Source of the DNA: Octopus vulgaris
Taxonomy: Eukaryota
NCBI GenBank assembly: GCA_951406725.2
Contig: OX597830.1
Span: forward strand, 61,876,001 to 61,940,000
Direction of reading: 5' to 3'
Length of the DNA stretch: 64,000 nt
Position numbers and translations under genes: made by a program. The notes below the pieces were generated by a model that was not told where the DNA came from, ran no database searches, and saw nothing but the letters and a program-made list of their open reading frames with translations. Below are positions 47,731 through 63,390 of the stretch, one piece after another; within the stretch, counting starts at the first letter, position 1; the number at the start of each line of letters is the position of its first letter.

Positions 47731-48162
47731 ATAAATTCTAGGTAAACCCCTGTTTACCTCCACTCATGCCTATTATTCTCTTGCCCTATTGCCTTACAAC
47801 AGTATGCATTTGGATATAAACACATAGGTATATATCCATTAGTATATAGGATATTTATTATCCCTTAGACGGTTGTTTACCCTCTAACTGATATAGACTT
47901 ATATGTGTGTGCGTGTTCGTGTGTGTGTGTGTGTGTGTGTGCGCGCATATATGTATTTGTATATATTTGTATGTGGATGTAATTATAGATATATATATGG
48001 ATACAAATGTATGTACATGAGGATGTGTGTGTGTGTGTGTATTTCTATATGTACGTATGAGTTTGTGACTATATATGTATAAGTGAACAAAAACATAAGC
48101 CACACCCAGATATATGTAGGGTGTAAATGTGCCGGCGCAGATGTATGTATATATATATATAT

Positions 48163-48234
<72 letters not shown>

Positions 48235-48380
48235 GTTTAAGAGACAGAATCACCCTCAAGCAACTCAATCATCATTGAACGACATTATCCACGATAGGTA
48301 TATATAGGACAAAATATGAAAAAATTATCAAAATTAATACCTTCAATTCTTATTCTAAATCATATGCATTACATTATATA

Positions 48381-48475
48381 GACTTCGCGCGTTTCATGAC
48401 AACATATTCCTCGATTTTGCTGAAATAGAAGTTCTCGAAATACCATATTCAAACGATTATATTGCCAATCTTCAG
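48381..48475 (-). ncRNA. Degenerate hammerhead motif
   Basis: CTGAAGA-TTGGCAATATA..TATGTTGTCAT-GAAAC-GCGC; related to the 21125-21214 motif. Confidence 0.45.
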
Positions 48476-48627
48476 GTGTAGATTATATGAACTTATTTTA
48501 CAATTTACATCCTATATAAAGACATGACAAACTAAAATTATATAACTAGAAGTTGTAGGAATAATTTTATTTTATATGGTCATGTACTGCGGATGGCTGA
48601 GGAGAGATGGGTGAAGAAGTGCCAACC

Positions 48628-48736
<109 letters not shown>

Positions 48737-49367
48737 GATAAAACTTATTTAGATGTGGATGCGTGCGTTCTATCATATAATAAAATAATAAAACATATAC
48801 ATATATACATACATATATGTACGTACCTACATCTATATGTATATATACACGCATATATGGCTACAGGACACCAAAAAAACGTCGAACACAATGAAAAACG
48901 AAAACATAAACACAAAACCAAGGAACTGGACATTTTTCTTAAACAACGAAAAAACAGGAGAGTACAAGACATACAACACAAAGGAACATTCCCCTTCTTC
49001 AGCCGCCTCTCTTTCATCTACTCCACGTTTCTCAGATACGAAAATAATTTTTTAAATACTTATTGATAAATGACGAGGTGATCACAGCTTCTAAATTACG
49101 CTGATTGTTATTTAACTCGTTGCCATTAGCTTGTTTGTATGAAATGGCAACAGCTGTTGGATAGGAAGTAACCATAACGCAATGTCGAGTAGTAGTTTTC
49201 TTTGCTTTTGTTAGGAATTCTAATGTGTTGTTAGATCGATGATACAATGTCTTTAAGATTGAGTGCTTTAATAATAGCTTCTTGTTTCTAAAAGAGCAAT
49301 AATTGTTGGTGTAGAATTGTGTGATAGGGCTGTTTTCTTTGTTATATTCTTCAAATTATATGTAACC

Positions 49368-49600
49368 TATTTCTTTACTACCCACAAGGGGCTAAACACA
49401 GAGGGGACAAACAAGGACAGACAGACGGATTAAGTCGATTATACCGACCCCAGGGCATAACTGGTACTTAATTTATCGACCCCAAAAGGATGAAAGGCAA
49501 AGTCGACCTCGGCGGAATTTGAACTCACAACCTAACGGCAGACGAAATACCGCTAAGCATTTCGCCCGGCGTGCTAACGTTTCTGCCAGCTCGCCGCCTT
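49368..49600 (-). mobile_element. Full-length Nin-type SINE
   Basis: TSD CTTCAAATTATATGTAACC (49349-49367, 49598-49616); head AAGGCGGCGAGCTGGCAGAAACGTTAGC. Confidence 0.88.
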
Positions 49601-50262
49601 CAAATTATATGTAACCAGCAACCAAACCATCCCTCTTTAAACAGCAAAATAAAAATAAACAAAAACTAATTATATCCCTAATTAAACACAAATATCCCTA
49701 CTCATCACCAACATCATTAACACAAACTCACTCCTATTTTCACTCCACCAACTTTGCCAAAACTCTCATTTCACACATATCTCAAAACTAAATCATGTAA
49801 ATTATTCAATCCATAAAGGTACCCCTTAGAAAATATATACCTACATATTCTCTGCTAAAGTGACTACAAACTCTGAAAACTACCATGTAGGACTATTTGT
49901 ACACAAATTCAAATTCTAAGCCAACACCTGGACCCGTTTAGACATATTAGCAGTAAATCAAATACTAATCTAACAAATTTATAGGGATCCTCAAAAGCCG
50001 TGCTACAGGCGCAGGAGTGGCTGTGTGGTAAGTAGCTTGCTAACCAACCACATGGTTCCGGGTTCAGTCCCACTGCGTGGCAAGGCGCAGGAGTGGCTGT
50101 ATGGTAAGTAGCTTGCTAACCAGCCACATGGTTCCGGGTTCAGTCCCACTGCGTGGCATCTTGGGCAAGTGTCTTCTGCTATAGCCGCGGGCCGACCAAT
50201 GCCTTGTGAGTGGATTTGGTAGACGGAAACTGAAAGAAGCTTGTCGTATATATGTATATATT

Positions 50263-50298
<36 letters not shown>

Positions 50299-50737
50299 TA
50301 TGTCTGTGTTTGTCCCCCTAGTATTGCTTGACAACCGATGCTGGTGTGTTTACGTCCCCGTAACTTAGCGGTACGGCAAAAGAGACCGATAGAATAAGTA
50401 CTGGGCTTACAAAGAATAAGTCCCGGGGTCGATTTGCTCGACTAAAGGCGGTGCTCCAGCATGGCCGCAGTCAAATGACTGGAACAAGTAAAAGAAAGAA
50501 AAGAAAGAAAGAAAGGTGCGAGAATGAGTTGAAACAATTGCGTTGGTTTTCTTTTTAATAAAGAATCTCCTGAATTTCATTTTCTGTCTCTGATCCATTT
50601 ATATAAAATCTACAGACGCTATGGAATGCCTAAAATATACTGAAGTAGGATGTGCATTGAGTAGCCAGTAACTGCAAATGAGCTTTTAACTGCATTTCAT
50701 AATAATATTTTTATCCGAACATAACTGAACCTCACAC

Positions 50738-50782
<45 letters not shown>

Positions 50783-51533
50783 TGTGTGTGTGTAGGTTTG
50801 CGAGTTTGTTCACCAACATTGCTTGACAACAGATGCTGGTGTGTTTTGCGTGTAACTTAGTGGTTCAGCAAAAAAAAGACCGATAGAAAAAGTACTGGGC
50901 TTACAAAGAATAAGTCCCGGGGTTAATTTGCACGACCAAATGCGGTACTTCAGCATGGCCGCAGTCAAATGATTGAAACAAGTAAAAGAATAAAAGAATG
51001 TGTGTGTGTGTGTGTGTGTGTGTATTATCTTTCTTCGTTTTTGTATCTGGTTTGCAAGGTTATTTCATTAAATTATCTTTATCTCTCATCCCTTACTTGT
51101 TTCACTCATTTGATTGAGTCCATGCCGAGGCACTGTCTTGAACGTTTTTTAGTCAAACAAATTGACCCCAGGGCTTATATATATTAAGCCTAGTACTTAT
51201 TCTATTGGTACCTTTTGCCAAACCAAACCGCTAAGCAACGAGAAGTAAATACACGAATAACAGTTGTCCAGTGGTGGTGGGAGAAGAAATGTACACACAC
51301 ACACACACACACACACACACTTTCTCTGTCGCTTTCTCTATCCCTCTCCCTTCTCCTTCTCTCTAGCGTTGCCCTGACAGACTTTGAAACTTTTCATCAG
51401 TAACCTTGCCCTTTTTCTTCAGCGACATTGATTCCTTTTTCTAATATAGCAATGTATTATGCGCACACATGCTTAAGCTGTTTCTTGCAGACTAGCATGG
51501 TCATCTCTTTTTTCTTTAATTCACTACCTAGAG

Positions 51534-51736
51534 CAGTGGTTTTCAACCAGGGTTCCGCCAGTACAATCCAGGGGTTCCGCAAGAAGTTACAAAACTGCTA
51601 AAATCGGCAGTAATTTTTAATTCTCCTGTGCAGATATGTGTGCATAAGACTATTAAATTATTGCACAGGGGTTCCCCCCGAGCCAGTGGAATGTTTCCTT
51701 GGGGTTCCGCTCCAGCAAAAAGTTTGAAAAGCACTG
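51534..51736. mobile_element. hAT MITE (present in each array unit)
   Basis: CAGTGGTTTTCAA / TTGAAAAGCACTG termini; 8-bp TSD ACCTAGAG. Confidence 0.85.
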
Positions 51737-52641
51737 ACCTAGAGAACTATATCTTCCGGCTTGCTCATGTTATTCACGTAATCCCTCCCTCTTGCCCCCT
51801 AACCACCACCAGATCAACGAAACAGTTTATGTGAGCTGCTGCTTACTGCAAGGATGTCTTTTTAGGCAACGGCCTCAAAATAGAATTAAATAAAAGACCC
51901 TAGTAATAAGCAGCATTAACTCCCATAACCCCTCACATTATTAGACAGGTTGCTCTCAAGTACTATTAGGTAAATGTTTTTCTGATGGAGGGAGTGTGCA
52001 TTGTGCTACACAGCCAATGACCACTATAACCAAAACCATGTGCAGGTGAATAAAAAAAATCGAGTAAAACAAAAACAAAAGTTTTATTGCCACTTATATG
52101 GTGTGCTTCAATCGGAACTCCGCCAAAACATGGAAATGAAGAGAGAATTAGTTAAAATCACAACGATTACATTTTCTTCAATACATAAAAAATAATTCAT
52201 AATATTATTAAAAAAATGGGCACAAAGTAAGACAATCTGATTAAGAAAAGTAATTTTACCTGCTTATTTAGTTCCCAAAGCTTGGTCAGCGTTTAAAACT
52301 GCAGATTTATGAAGAAAAAGAACTATTGAAATTAATTCTATCCTGTTCTTAACAAAAATGATTTTTTCCTCACTATGTATCTCTCTCCCTCTCCCTCCCC
52401 CTCACCCTCCCTCTCTCTCTCTCTCTCCCTCTCCCTCTCTCTTTCCCTCTCAATCTCTACCTCTCATCCCTCTCTCTTTCTCTTTTTCACCGTCTCTCTT
52501 CTCTCTTACACACACACACACACAAGCAATCAATAAACGCCTATATCGAAATTGCAATACACAATAACAAAAGAAAACTATGTGTGCACTCATATGCGAT
52601 TTAAGGAGAGAGAAAAAAGAGTGCCTGCGCGCTATGGCGTG

Positions 52642-52712
<71 letters not shown>

Positions 52713-52814
52713 GTATGTAGACGGCTGAACATGTATGCGCCTTAATGTAAGCATGCACATCTTTTATTATTTATCTTTTACTTTTTATCTTTTACTTATT
52801 TCATTCACTGAAAC

Positions 52815-53220
52815 AAAAATGGCAAATATATTTGAATGACGACTTTATTATTTGGAATGTGACCATTGATAAACTTTTGGAATTTAAATCAATACTAAAT
52901 TATATAAATCCAAACACTCAGTTTACAATGGAATATAGGAAAGAACAACTCCCTTTCTTAGATATTCTGGTAAAAAAAGAGTCAAGAGTCGAAATTGTAA
53001 CCGACATCTATCATAAACCAACGGACCCGAAGCAATATCTTCTGTTTAGTTCAAACCACCCGCAACACATCAAAAGAAATATTCCATTTAATTTTTAAAA
53101 AATGATTTGCACAATAGTTTCTGATGGAAATACTCGGGACCTCCGTCTTCAAGACCGCAGAACAACACAAACCGAGAGACATTTATAGATGAGGAAATTA
53201 AACGTACCAAGAAAATAGAT
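52815..53220 (+). pseudogene. Penelope-like RT fragment (present in each array unit)
   Basis: DDFIIW..NPNTQFTME..LPFLDILV..TDIYHKPTD..YLLFSSNHP. Confidence 0.85.
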
Positions 53221-53480
53221 AGGCGCAGGAGTGGCTGTGTGGTAAGTAGCTTGCTAACCAGCCACATGGTTCCGGGTTCAGTCCCACTGCGTGGCAAGGC
53301 GCAGGAGTGGCTGTGTGGTAAGTAGCTTGCTAACCAGCCACATGGTTCCGGGTTCAGTCCCACTGCGTGGCATCTTGGGCAAGTGTCTTCTGCTATAGCC
53401 CCGGGCCGACCAATGCCTTGTGAGTGGATTTGGTAGACGGAAACTGAAAGAAGCTTGTCGTATATATGTATGTATATATT

Positions 53481-53511
<31 letters not shown>

Positions 53512-53950
53512 TTGTATGTCTGTGTTTGTCCCCCTAGTATTGCTTGACAACCGATGCTGGTGTGTTTACGTCCCTGTAACTTAGCGGTACGGCAAAAGAG
53601 ACCGATAGAATAAGTACTGGGCTTACAAAGAATAAGTCCCGGGGTCGATTTGCTCGACTAAAGGCGGTGCTCCAGCATGGCCGCAGTCAAATGACTGGAA
53701 CAAGTAAAAGAAAGAAAAGAAAGAAAGAAAGGTGCGAGAATGAGTTGAAACAATTGCGTTGGTTTTCTTTTTAATAAAGAATCTCCTGAATTTCATTTTC
53801 TGTCTCTGATCCATTTATATAAAATCTACAGACGCTATGGAATGCCTAAAATATACTGAAGTAGGATGTGCATTGAGTAGCCAGTAACTGCAGATGAGCT
53901 TTTAACTGCATTTCATAATATTTTTATCCGAACATAACTGAACCTCACAC

Positions 53951-54050
<100 letters not shown>

Positions 54051-54253
54051 GTTTGCGAGTTTGTTCACCAACATTGCTTGACAACAGATGCTGGTGTGTT
54101 TTGCGTGTAACTTAGTGGTTCAGCAAAAAAAAAGACCGATAGAAAAAGTACTGGGCTTACAAAGAATAAGTCCCGGGGTTAATTTGCACGACCAAATGCG
54201 GTGCTCCAGCATGGCCGCAGTCAAATGATTGAAACAAGTAAAAGAATAAAAGA

Positions 54254-54309
<56 letters not shown>

Positions 54310-55920
54310 TATCTTTCTTCGTTTTTGTATCTGGTTTGCAAGGTTCTTTCATTAAATTATCTTTATCTCTCATCCCTTACTTGTTTCACTCATTTGATTG
54401 AGTCCATGCCGAGGCACTGTCTTGAACGTTTTTTAGTCAAACAAATTGACCCCAGGGCTTATATTTTAAGCCTAGTACTTATTCTATTGGTACCTTTTGC
54501 CAAACCAAACCGCTAAGCAACGAGAAGTAAATACACGAATAACAGTTGTCCAGTGGTGGTGGGAGAAGAAATGTACACACACACACACACACACACACAC
54601 ACTTTCTCTGTCGCTTTCTCTATCCCTCTCCCTTCTCCTTCTCTCTAGCGTTGCCCTGACAGACTTTGAAACTTTTCATCAGTAACCTTGCCCTTTTTCT
54701 TCAGCGACATTGATTCCTTTTTCTAATATAGCAATGTATTATGCGCACACATGCTTAAGCTGTTTCTTGCAGACTAGCATGGTCATCTCTTTTTTCTTTA
54801 ATTCACTACCTAGAGCAGTGGTTTTCAACCAGGGTTCCGCCAGTACAATCCAGGGGTTCCGCAAGAAGTTACAAAACTGCTAAAATCGGCAGTAATTTTT
54901 AATTCTCCTGTGCAGATATGTGTGCATAAGACTATTAAATTATTGCACAGGGGTTCCCCCCGAGCCAGTGGAATGTTTCCTTGGGGTTCCGCTCCAGCAA
55001 AAAGTTTGAAAAGCACTGACCTAGAGAACTATATCTTCCGGCTTGCTCATGTTGTTCACGTAATCCCTCCCTCTTGCCCCCTAACCACCACCAGATCAAC
55101 GAAACAGTTTATGTGAGCTGCTGCTTACTGCAAGGATGTCTTTTTAGGCAACGGCCTCAAAATAGAATTAAATAAAAGACCCTAGTAATAAGCAGCATTA
55201 ACTCCCATAACCCCTCACATTATTAGACAGGTTGCTCTCAAGTACTATTAGGTAAATGTTTTTCTGATGGAGGGAGTGTGCATTGTGCTACACAGCCAAT
55301 GACCACTATAACCAAAACCATGTGCAGGTGAATAAAAAAATCGAGTAAAACAAAAACAAAAGTTTTATTGCCACTTATATGGTGTGCTTCAATCGGAACT
55401 CCGCCAAAACATGGAAATGAAGAGAGAATTAGTTAAAATCACAACGATTACATTTTCTTCAATACATAAAAAATAATTCATAATATTATTAAAAAAATGG
55501 GCACAAAGTAAGACAATCTGATTAAGAAAAGTAATTTTACCTGCTTATTTTGTTCCCAAAGCTTGGTCAGCGTTTAAAACTGCAGATTTATAAAGAAAAA
55601 GAACTATTGAAATTAATTCTATCCTGTTCTTAACAAAAATGATTTTTTCCTCACTATGTATCTCTCTCCCTCCCCCTCCCCCTCTCCCTCCCTCTCTCTC
55701 TCTCTCCCTCTCCCTCTCTCTTTCCCTCTCAATCTCTACCTCTCATCCCTCTCTCTTTCTCTTTTTCACCGTCTCTCTTCTCTCTTACACACACACACAC
55801 ACAAGCAATCAATAAACGCCTATATCGAAATTGCAATACACAATAACAAAAGAAAACTATGTGTGCACTCATATGCGATTTAAGGAGAGAGAAAAAAGAG
55901 TGCCTGCGCGCTATGGCGTG

Positions 55921-55987
<67 letters not shown>

Positions 55988-56755
55988 GTATGTAGACGGC
56001 TGAACATGTATGCGCCTTAATGTAAGCATGCACATCTTTTATTATTTATCTTTTACTTTTTATCTTTTACTTATTTCATTCACTGAAACAAAAATGGCAA
56101 ATATATTTGAATGACGACTTTATTATTTGGAATGTGACCATTGATAAACTTTTGGAATTTAAATCAATACTAAATTATATAAATCCAAACACTCAGTTTA
56201 CAATGGAATATAGGAAAGAACAACTCCCTTTCTTAGATATTCTGGTAAAAAAAGAGTCAAGAGTCGAAATTGTAACCGACATCTATCATAAACCAACGGA
56301 CCCGAAGCAATATCTTCTGTTTAGTTCAAACCACCCGCAACACATCAAAAGAAATATTCCATTTAATTTTTAAAAAATGATTTGCACAATAGTTTCTGAT
56401 GGAAATACTCGGGACCTCCGTCTTCAAGACCGCAGAACAACACAAACCGAGAGACATTTATAGATGAGGAAATTAAACGTACCAAGAAAATAGATAGGCG
56501 CAGGAGTGGCTGTGTGGTAAGTAGCTTGCTAACCAGCCACATGGTTCCGGGTTCAGTCCCACTGCGTGGCAAGGCGCAGGAGTGGCTGTGTGGTAAGTAG
56601 CTTGCTAACCAGCCACATGGTTCCGGGTTCAGTCCCACTGCGTGGCATCTTGGGCAAGTGTCTTCTGCTATAGCCCCGGGCCGACCAATGCCTTGTGAGT
56701 GGATTTGGTAGACGGAAACTGAAAGAAGCTTGTCGTATATATGTATGTATATATT

Positions 56756-56786
<31 letters not shown>

Positions 56787-57226
56787 TTTGTATGTCTGTG
56801 TTTGTCCCCCTAGTATTGCTTGACAACCGATGCTGGTGTGTTTACGTCCCTGTAACTTAGCGGTACGGCAAAAGAGACCGATAGAATAAGTACTGGGCTT
56901 ACAAAGAATAAGTCCCGGGGTCGATTTGCTCGACTAAAGGCGGTGCTCCAGCATGGCCGCAGTCAAATGACTGGAACAAGTAAAAGAAAGAAAAGAAAGA
57001 AAGAAAGGTGCGAGAATGAGTTGAAACAATTGCGTTGGTTTTCTTTTTAATAAAGAATCTCCTGAATTTCATTTTCTGTCTCTGATCCATTTATATAAAA
57101 TCTACAGACGCTATGGAATGCCTAAAATATACTGAAGTAGGATGTGCATTGAGTAGCCAGTAACTGCAGATGAGCTTTTAACTGCATTTCATAATATTTT
57201 TATCCGAACATAACTGAACCTCACAC

Positions 57227-57296
<70 letters not shown>

Positions 57297-57499
57297 GTTT
57301 GCGAGTTTGTTCACCAACATTGCTTGACAACAGATGCTGGTGTGTTTTACGTGTAACTTAGTGGTTCAGCAAAAAAAAAGACCGATAGAAAAAGTACTGG
57401 GCTTACAAAGAATAAGTCCCGGGGTTAATTTGCACGACCAAATGCGGTGCTCCAGCATGGCCGCAGTCAAATGATTGAAACAAGTAAAAGAATAAAAGA

Positions 57500-57551
<52 letters not shown>

Positions 57552-59163
57552 TATCTTTCTTCGTTTTTGTATCTGGTTTGCAAGGTTCTTTCATTAAATT
57601 ATCTTTATCTCTCATCCCTTACTTGTTTCACTCATTTGATTGAGTCCATGCCGAGGCACTGTCTTGAACGTTTTTTAGTCAAACAAATTGACCCCAGGGC
57701 TTATATTTTAAGCCTAGTACTTATTCTATTGGTACCTTTTGCCAAACCAAACCGCTAAGCAACGAGAAGTAAATACACGAATAACAGTTGTCCAGTGGTG
57801 GTGGGAGAAGAAATGTACACACACACACACACACACACACACTTTCTCTGTCGCTTTCTCTATCCCTCTCCCTTCTCCTTCTCTCTAGCGTTGCCCTGAC
57901 AGACTTTGAAACTTTTCATCAGTAACCTTGCCCTTTTTCTTCAGCGACATTGATTCCTTTTTCTAATATAGCAATGTATTATGCGCACACATGCTTAAGC
58001 TGTTTCTTGCAGACTAGCATGGTCATCTCTTTTTTCTTTAATTCACTACCTAGAGCAGTGGTTTTCAACCAGGGTTCCGCCAGTACAATCCAGGGGTTCC
58101 GCAAGAAGTTACAAAACTGCTAAAATCGGCAGTAATTTTTAATTCTCCTGTGCAGATATGTGTGCATAAGACTATTAAATTATTGCACAGGGGTTCCCCC
58201 CGAGCCAGTGGAATGTTTCCTTGGGGTTCCGCTCCAGCAAAAAGTTTGAAAAGCACTGACCTAGAGAACTATATCTTCCGGCTTGCTCATGTTGTTCACG
58301 TAATCCCTCCCTCTTGCCCCCTAACCACCACCAGATCAACGAAACAGTTTATGTGAGCTGCTGCTTACTGCAAGGATGTCTTTTTAGGCAACGGCCTCAA
58401 AATAGAATTAAATAAAAGACCCTAGTAATAAGCAGCATTAACTCCCATAACCCCTCACATTATTAGACAGGTTGCTCTCAAGTACTATTAGGTAAATGTT
58501 TTTCTGATGGAGGGAGTGTGCATTGTGCTACACAGCCAATGACCACTATAACCAAAACCATGTGCAGGTGAATAAAAAAATCGAGTAAAACAAAAACAAA
58601 AGTTTTATTGCCACTTATATGGTGTGCTTCAATCGGAACTCCGCCAAAACATGGAAATGAAGAGAGAATTAGTTAAAATCACAACGATTACATTTTCTTC
58701 AATACATAAAAAATAATTCATAATATTATTAAAAAAATGGGCACAAAGTAAGACAATCTGATTAAGAAAAGTAATTTTACCTGCTTATTTAGTTCCCAAA
58801 GCTTGGTCAGCGTTTAAAACTGCAGATTTATGAAGAAAAAGAACTATTGAAATTAATTCTATCCTGTTCTTAACAAAAATGATTTTTTCCTCACTATGTA
58901 TCTCTCTCCCTCTCCCTCCCCCTCACCCTCCCCTCTCTCTCTCTCTCTCCCTCTCCCTCTCTCTTTCCCTCTCAATCTCTACCTCTCATCCCTCTCTCTT
59001 TCTCTTTTTCACCGTCTCTCTTCTCTCTTACACACACACACACACAAGCAATCAATAAACGCCTATATCGAAATTGCAATACACAATAACAAAAGAAAAC
59101 TATGTGTGCACTCATATGCGATTTAAGGAGAGAGAAAAAAGAGTGCCTGCGCGCTATGGCGTG

Positions 59164-59248
<85 letters not shown>

Positions 59249-60015
59249 GTATGTAGACGGCTGAACATGTATGCGCCTTAATGTAAGCATGCACATCTTT
59301 TATTATTTATCTTTTACTTTTTATCTTTTACTTATTTCATTCACTGAAACAAAAATGGCAAATATATTTGAATGACGACTTTATTATTTGGAATGTGACC
59401 ATTGATAAACTTTTGGAATTTAAATCAATACTAAATTATATAAATCCAAACACTCAGTTTACAATGGAATATAGGAAAGAACAACTCCCTTTCTTAGATA
59501 TTCTGGTAAAAAAAGAGTCAAGAGTCGAAATTGTAACCGACATCTATCATAAACCAACGGACCCGAAGCAATATCTTCTGTTTAGTTCAAACCACCCGCA
59601 ACACATCAAAAGAAATATTCCATTTAATTTTTAAAAAATGATTTGCACAATAGTTTCTGATGGAAATACTCGGGACCTCCGTCTTCAAGACCGCAGAACA
59701 ACACAAACCGAGAGACATTTATAGATGAGGAAATTAAACGTACCAAGAAAATAGATAGGCGCAGGAGTGGCTGTGTGGTAAGTAGCTTGCTAACCAGCCA
59801 CATGGTTCCGGGTTCAGTCCACTGCGTGGCAAGGCGCAGGAGTGGCTGTGTGGTAAGTAGCTTGCTAACCAGCCACATGGTTCCGGGTTCAGTCCCACTG
59901 CGTGGCATCTTGGGCAAGTGTCTTCTGCTATAGCCCCGGGCCGACCAATGCCTTGTGAGTGGATTTGGTAGACGGAAACTGAAAGAAGCTTGTCGTATAT
60001 ATGTATGTATATATT

Positions 60016-60051
<36 letters not shown>

Positions 60052-60487
60052 TATGTCTGTGTTTGTCCCCCTAGTATTGCTTGACAACCGATGCTGGTGT
60101 GTTTACGTCCCTGTAACTTAGCGGTACGGCAAAAGAGACCGATAGAATAAGTACTGGGCTTACAAAGAATAAGTCCCGGGGTCGATTTGCTCGACTAAAG
60201 GCGGTGCTCCAGCATGGCCGCAGTCAAATGACTGGAACAAGTAAAAGAAAGAAAAGAAAGAAAGAAAGGTGCGAGAATGAGTTGAAACAATTGCGTTGGT
60301 TTTCTTTTTAATAAAGAATCTCCTGAATTTCATTTTCTGTCTCTGATCCATTTATATAAAATCTACAGACGCTATGGAATGCCTAAAATATACTGAAGTA
60401 GGATGTGCATTGAGTAGCCAGTAACTGCAGATGAGCTTTTAACTGCATTTCATAATATTTTTATCCGAACATAACTGAACCTCACAC

Positions 60488-60565
<78 letters not shown>

Positions 60566-60768
60566 GTTTGCGAGTTTGTTCACCAACATTGCTTGACAAC
60601 AGATGCTGGTGTGTTTTGCGTGTAACTTAGTGGTTCAGCAAAAAAAAAGACCGATAGAAAAAGTACTGGGCTTACAAAGAATAAGTCCCGGGGTTAATTT
60701 GCACGACCAAATGCGGTGCTCCAGCATGGCCGCAGTCAAATGATTGAAACAAGTAAAAGAATAAAAGA

Positions 60769-60824
<56 letters not shown>

Positions 60825-62437
60825 TATCTTTCTTCGTTTTTGTATCTGGTTTGCAAGGTTCTTTCATTAAATTATCTTTATCTCTCATCCCTTACTTGTT
60901 TCACTCATTTGATTGAGTCCATGCCGAGGCACTGTCTTGAACGTTTTTTAGTCAAACAAATTGACCCCAGGGCTTATATTTTAAGCCTAGTACTTATTCT
61001 ATTGGTACCTTTTGCCAAACCAAACCGCTAAGCAACGAGAAGTAAATACACGAATAACAGTTGTCCAGTGGTGGTGGGAGAAGAAATGTACACACACACA
61101 CACACACACACACACTTTCTCTGTCGCTTTCTCTATCCCTCTCCCTTCTCCTTCTCTCTAGCGTTGCCCTGACAGACTTTGAAACTTTTCATCAGTAACC
61201 TTGCCCTTTTTCTTCAGCGACATTGATTCCTTTTTCTAATATAGCAATGTATTATGCGCACACATGCTTAAGCTGTTTCTTGCAGACTAGCATGGTCATC
61301 TCTTTTTCTTTAATTCACTACCTAGAGCAGTGGTTTTCAACCAGGGTTCCGCCAGTACAATCCAGGGGTTCCGCAAGAAGTTACAAAACTGCTAAAATCG
61401 GCAGTAATTTTTAATTCTCCTGTGCAGATATGTGTGCATAAGACTATTAAATTATTGCACAGGGGTTCCCCCCGAGCCAGTGGAATGTTTCCTTGGGGTT
61501 CCGCTCCAGCAAAAAGTTTGAAAAGCACTGACCTAGAGAACTATATCTTCCGGCTTGCTCATGTTGTTCACGTAATCCCTCCCTCTTGCCCCCTAACCAC
61601 CACCAGATCAACGAAACAGTTTATGTGAGCTGCTGCTTACTGCAAGGATGTCTTTTTAGGCAACGGCCTCAAAATAGAATTAAATAAAAGACCCTAGTAA
61701 TAAGCAGCATTAACTCCCATAACCCCTCACATTATTAGACAGGTTGCTCTCAAGTACTATTAGGTAAATGTTTTTCTGATGGAGGGAGTGTGCATTGTGC
61801 TACACAGCCAATGACCACTATAACCAAAACCATGTGCAGGTGAATAAAAAAAATCGAGTAAAACAAAAACAAAAGTTTTATTGCCACTTATATGGTGTGC
61901 TTCAATCGGAACTCCGCCAAAACATGGAAATGAAGAGAGAATTAGTTAAAATCACAACGATTACATTTTCTTCAATACATAAAAAATAATTCATAATATT
62001 ATTAAAAAAATGGGCACAAAGTAAGACAATCTGATTAAGAAAAGTAATTTTACCTGCTTATTTTGTTCCCAAAGCTTGGTCAGCGTTTAAAACTGCAGAT
62101 TTATGAAGAAAAAGAACTATTAAAATTAATTCTATCCTGTTCTTAACAAAAATGATTTTTTCCTCACTATGTATCTCTCTCCCTCTCCCTCCCCCTCACC
62201 CTCCCCCTCTCTCTCTCTCTCTCCCTCTCCCTCTCTCTTTCCCTCTCAATCTCTACCTCTCATCCCTCTCTCTTTCTCTTTTTCACCGTCTCTCTTCTCT
62301 CTTACACACACACACACACAAGCAATCAATAAACGCCTATATCGAAATTGCAATACACAATAACAAAAGAAAACTATGTGTGCACTCATATGCGATTTAA
62401 GGAGAGAGAAAAAAGAGTGCCTGCGCGCTATGGCGTG

Positions 62438-62532
<95 letters not shown>

Positions 62533-63040
62533 GTATGTAGACGGCTGAACATGTATGCGCCTTAATGTAAGCATGCACATCTTTTATTATTTATCTTTTA
62601 CTTTTTATCTTTTACTTATTTCATTCACTGAAACAAAAATGGCAAATATATTTGAATGACGACTTTATTATTTGGAATGTGACCATTGATAAACTTTTGG
62701 AATTTAAATCAATACTAAATTATATAAATCCAAACACTCAGTTTACAATGGAATATAGGAAAGAACAACTCCCTTTCTTAGATATTCTGGTAAAAAAAGA
62801 GTCAAGAGACGAAATTGTAACCGACATCTATCATAAACCAACGGACCCGAAGCAATATCTTCTGTTTAGTTCAAACCACCCGCAACACATCAAAAGAAAT
62901 ATTCCATTTAATTTTTAAAAAATGATTTGCACAATAGTTTCTGATGGAAATACTCGGGACCTCCGTCTTCAAGACCGCAGAACAACACAAACCGAGAGAC
63001 ATTTATAGATGAGGAAATTAAACGTACCAAGAAAATAGAT

Positions 63041-63204
63041 AGGCGCAGGAGTGGCTGTGTGGTAAGTAGCTTGCTAATCAACTACATGGTTCCGGGTTCA
63101 GTCCCACTGCGTGGCATCTTCGGCAAGTGTCTTCTGCTATAGCCCCGGGCCGACCAATGCCTTGTGAGTGGATTTGGTAGACGGAAACTGAAAGAAGCCC
63201 GTCG

Positions 63205-63235
<31 letters not shown>

Positions 63236-63390
63236 ATGTTTGTCCCCCTAGCATTGCTTGACAACCGATGCTGGTGTGTTTACGTCCCCGTAACTTAGCG
63301 GTTCGGCAAAAGAGACCGATAGAATAAGTACTGGCGGTGCTCCAGCATGGCCGCAGTCAAATGACTGAAACAAGTAAAAGAGTAAAAGAG
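63041..63390 (+). mobile_element. SINE closing the array (single head, internal deletion)
   Basis: Same family as the unit heads but lacks the ~75-bp head duplication and the GGCTTACAAAG..CGACTAAA segment. Confidence 0.85.
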
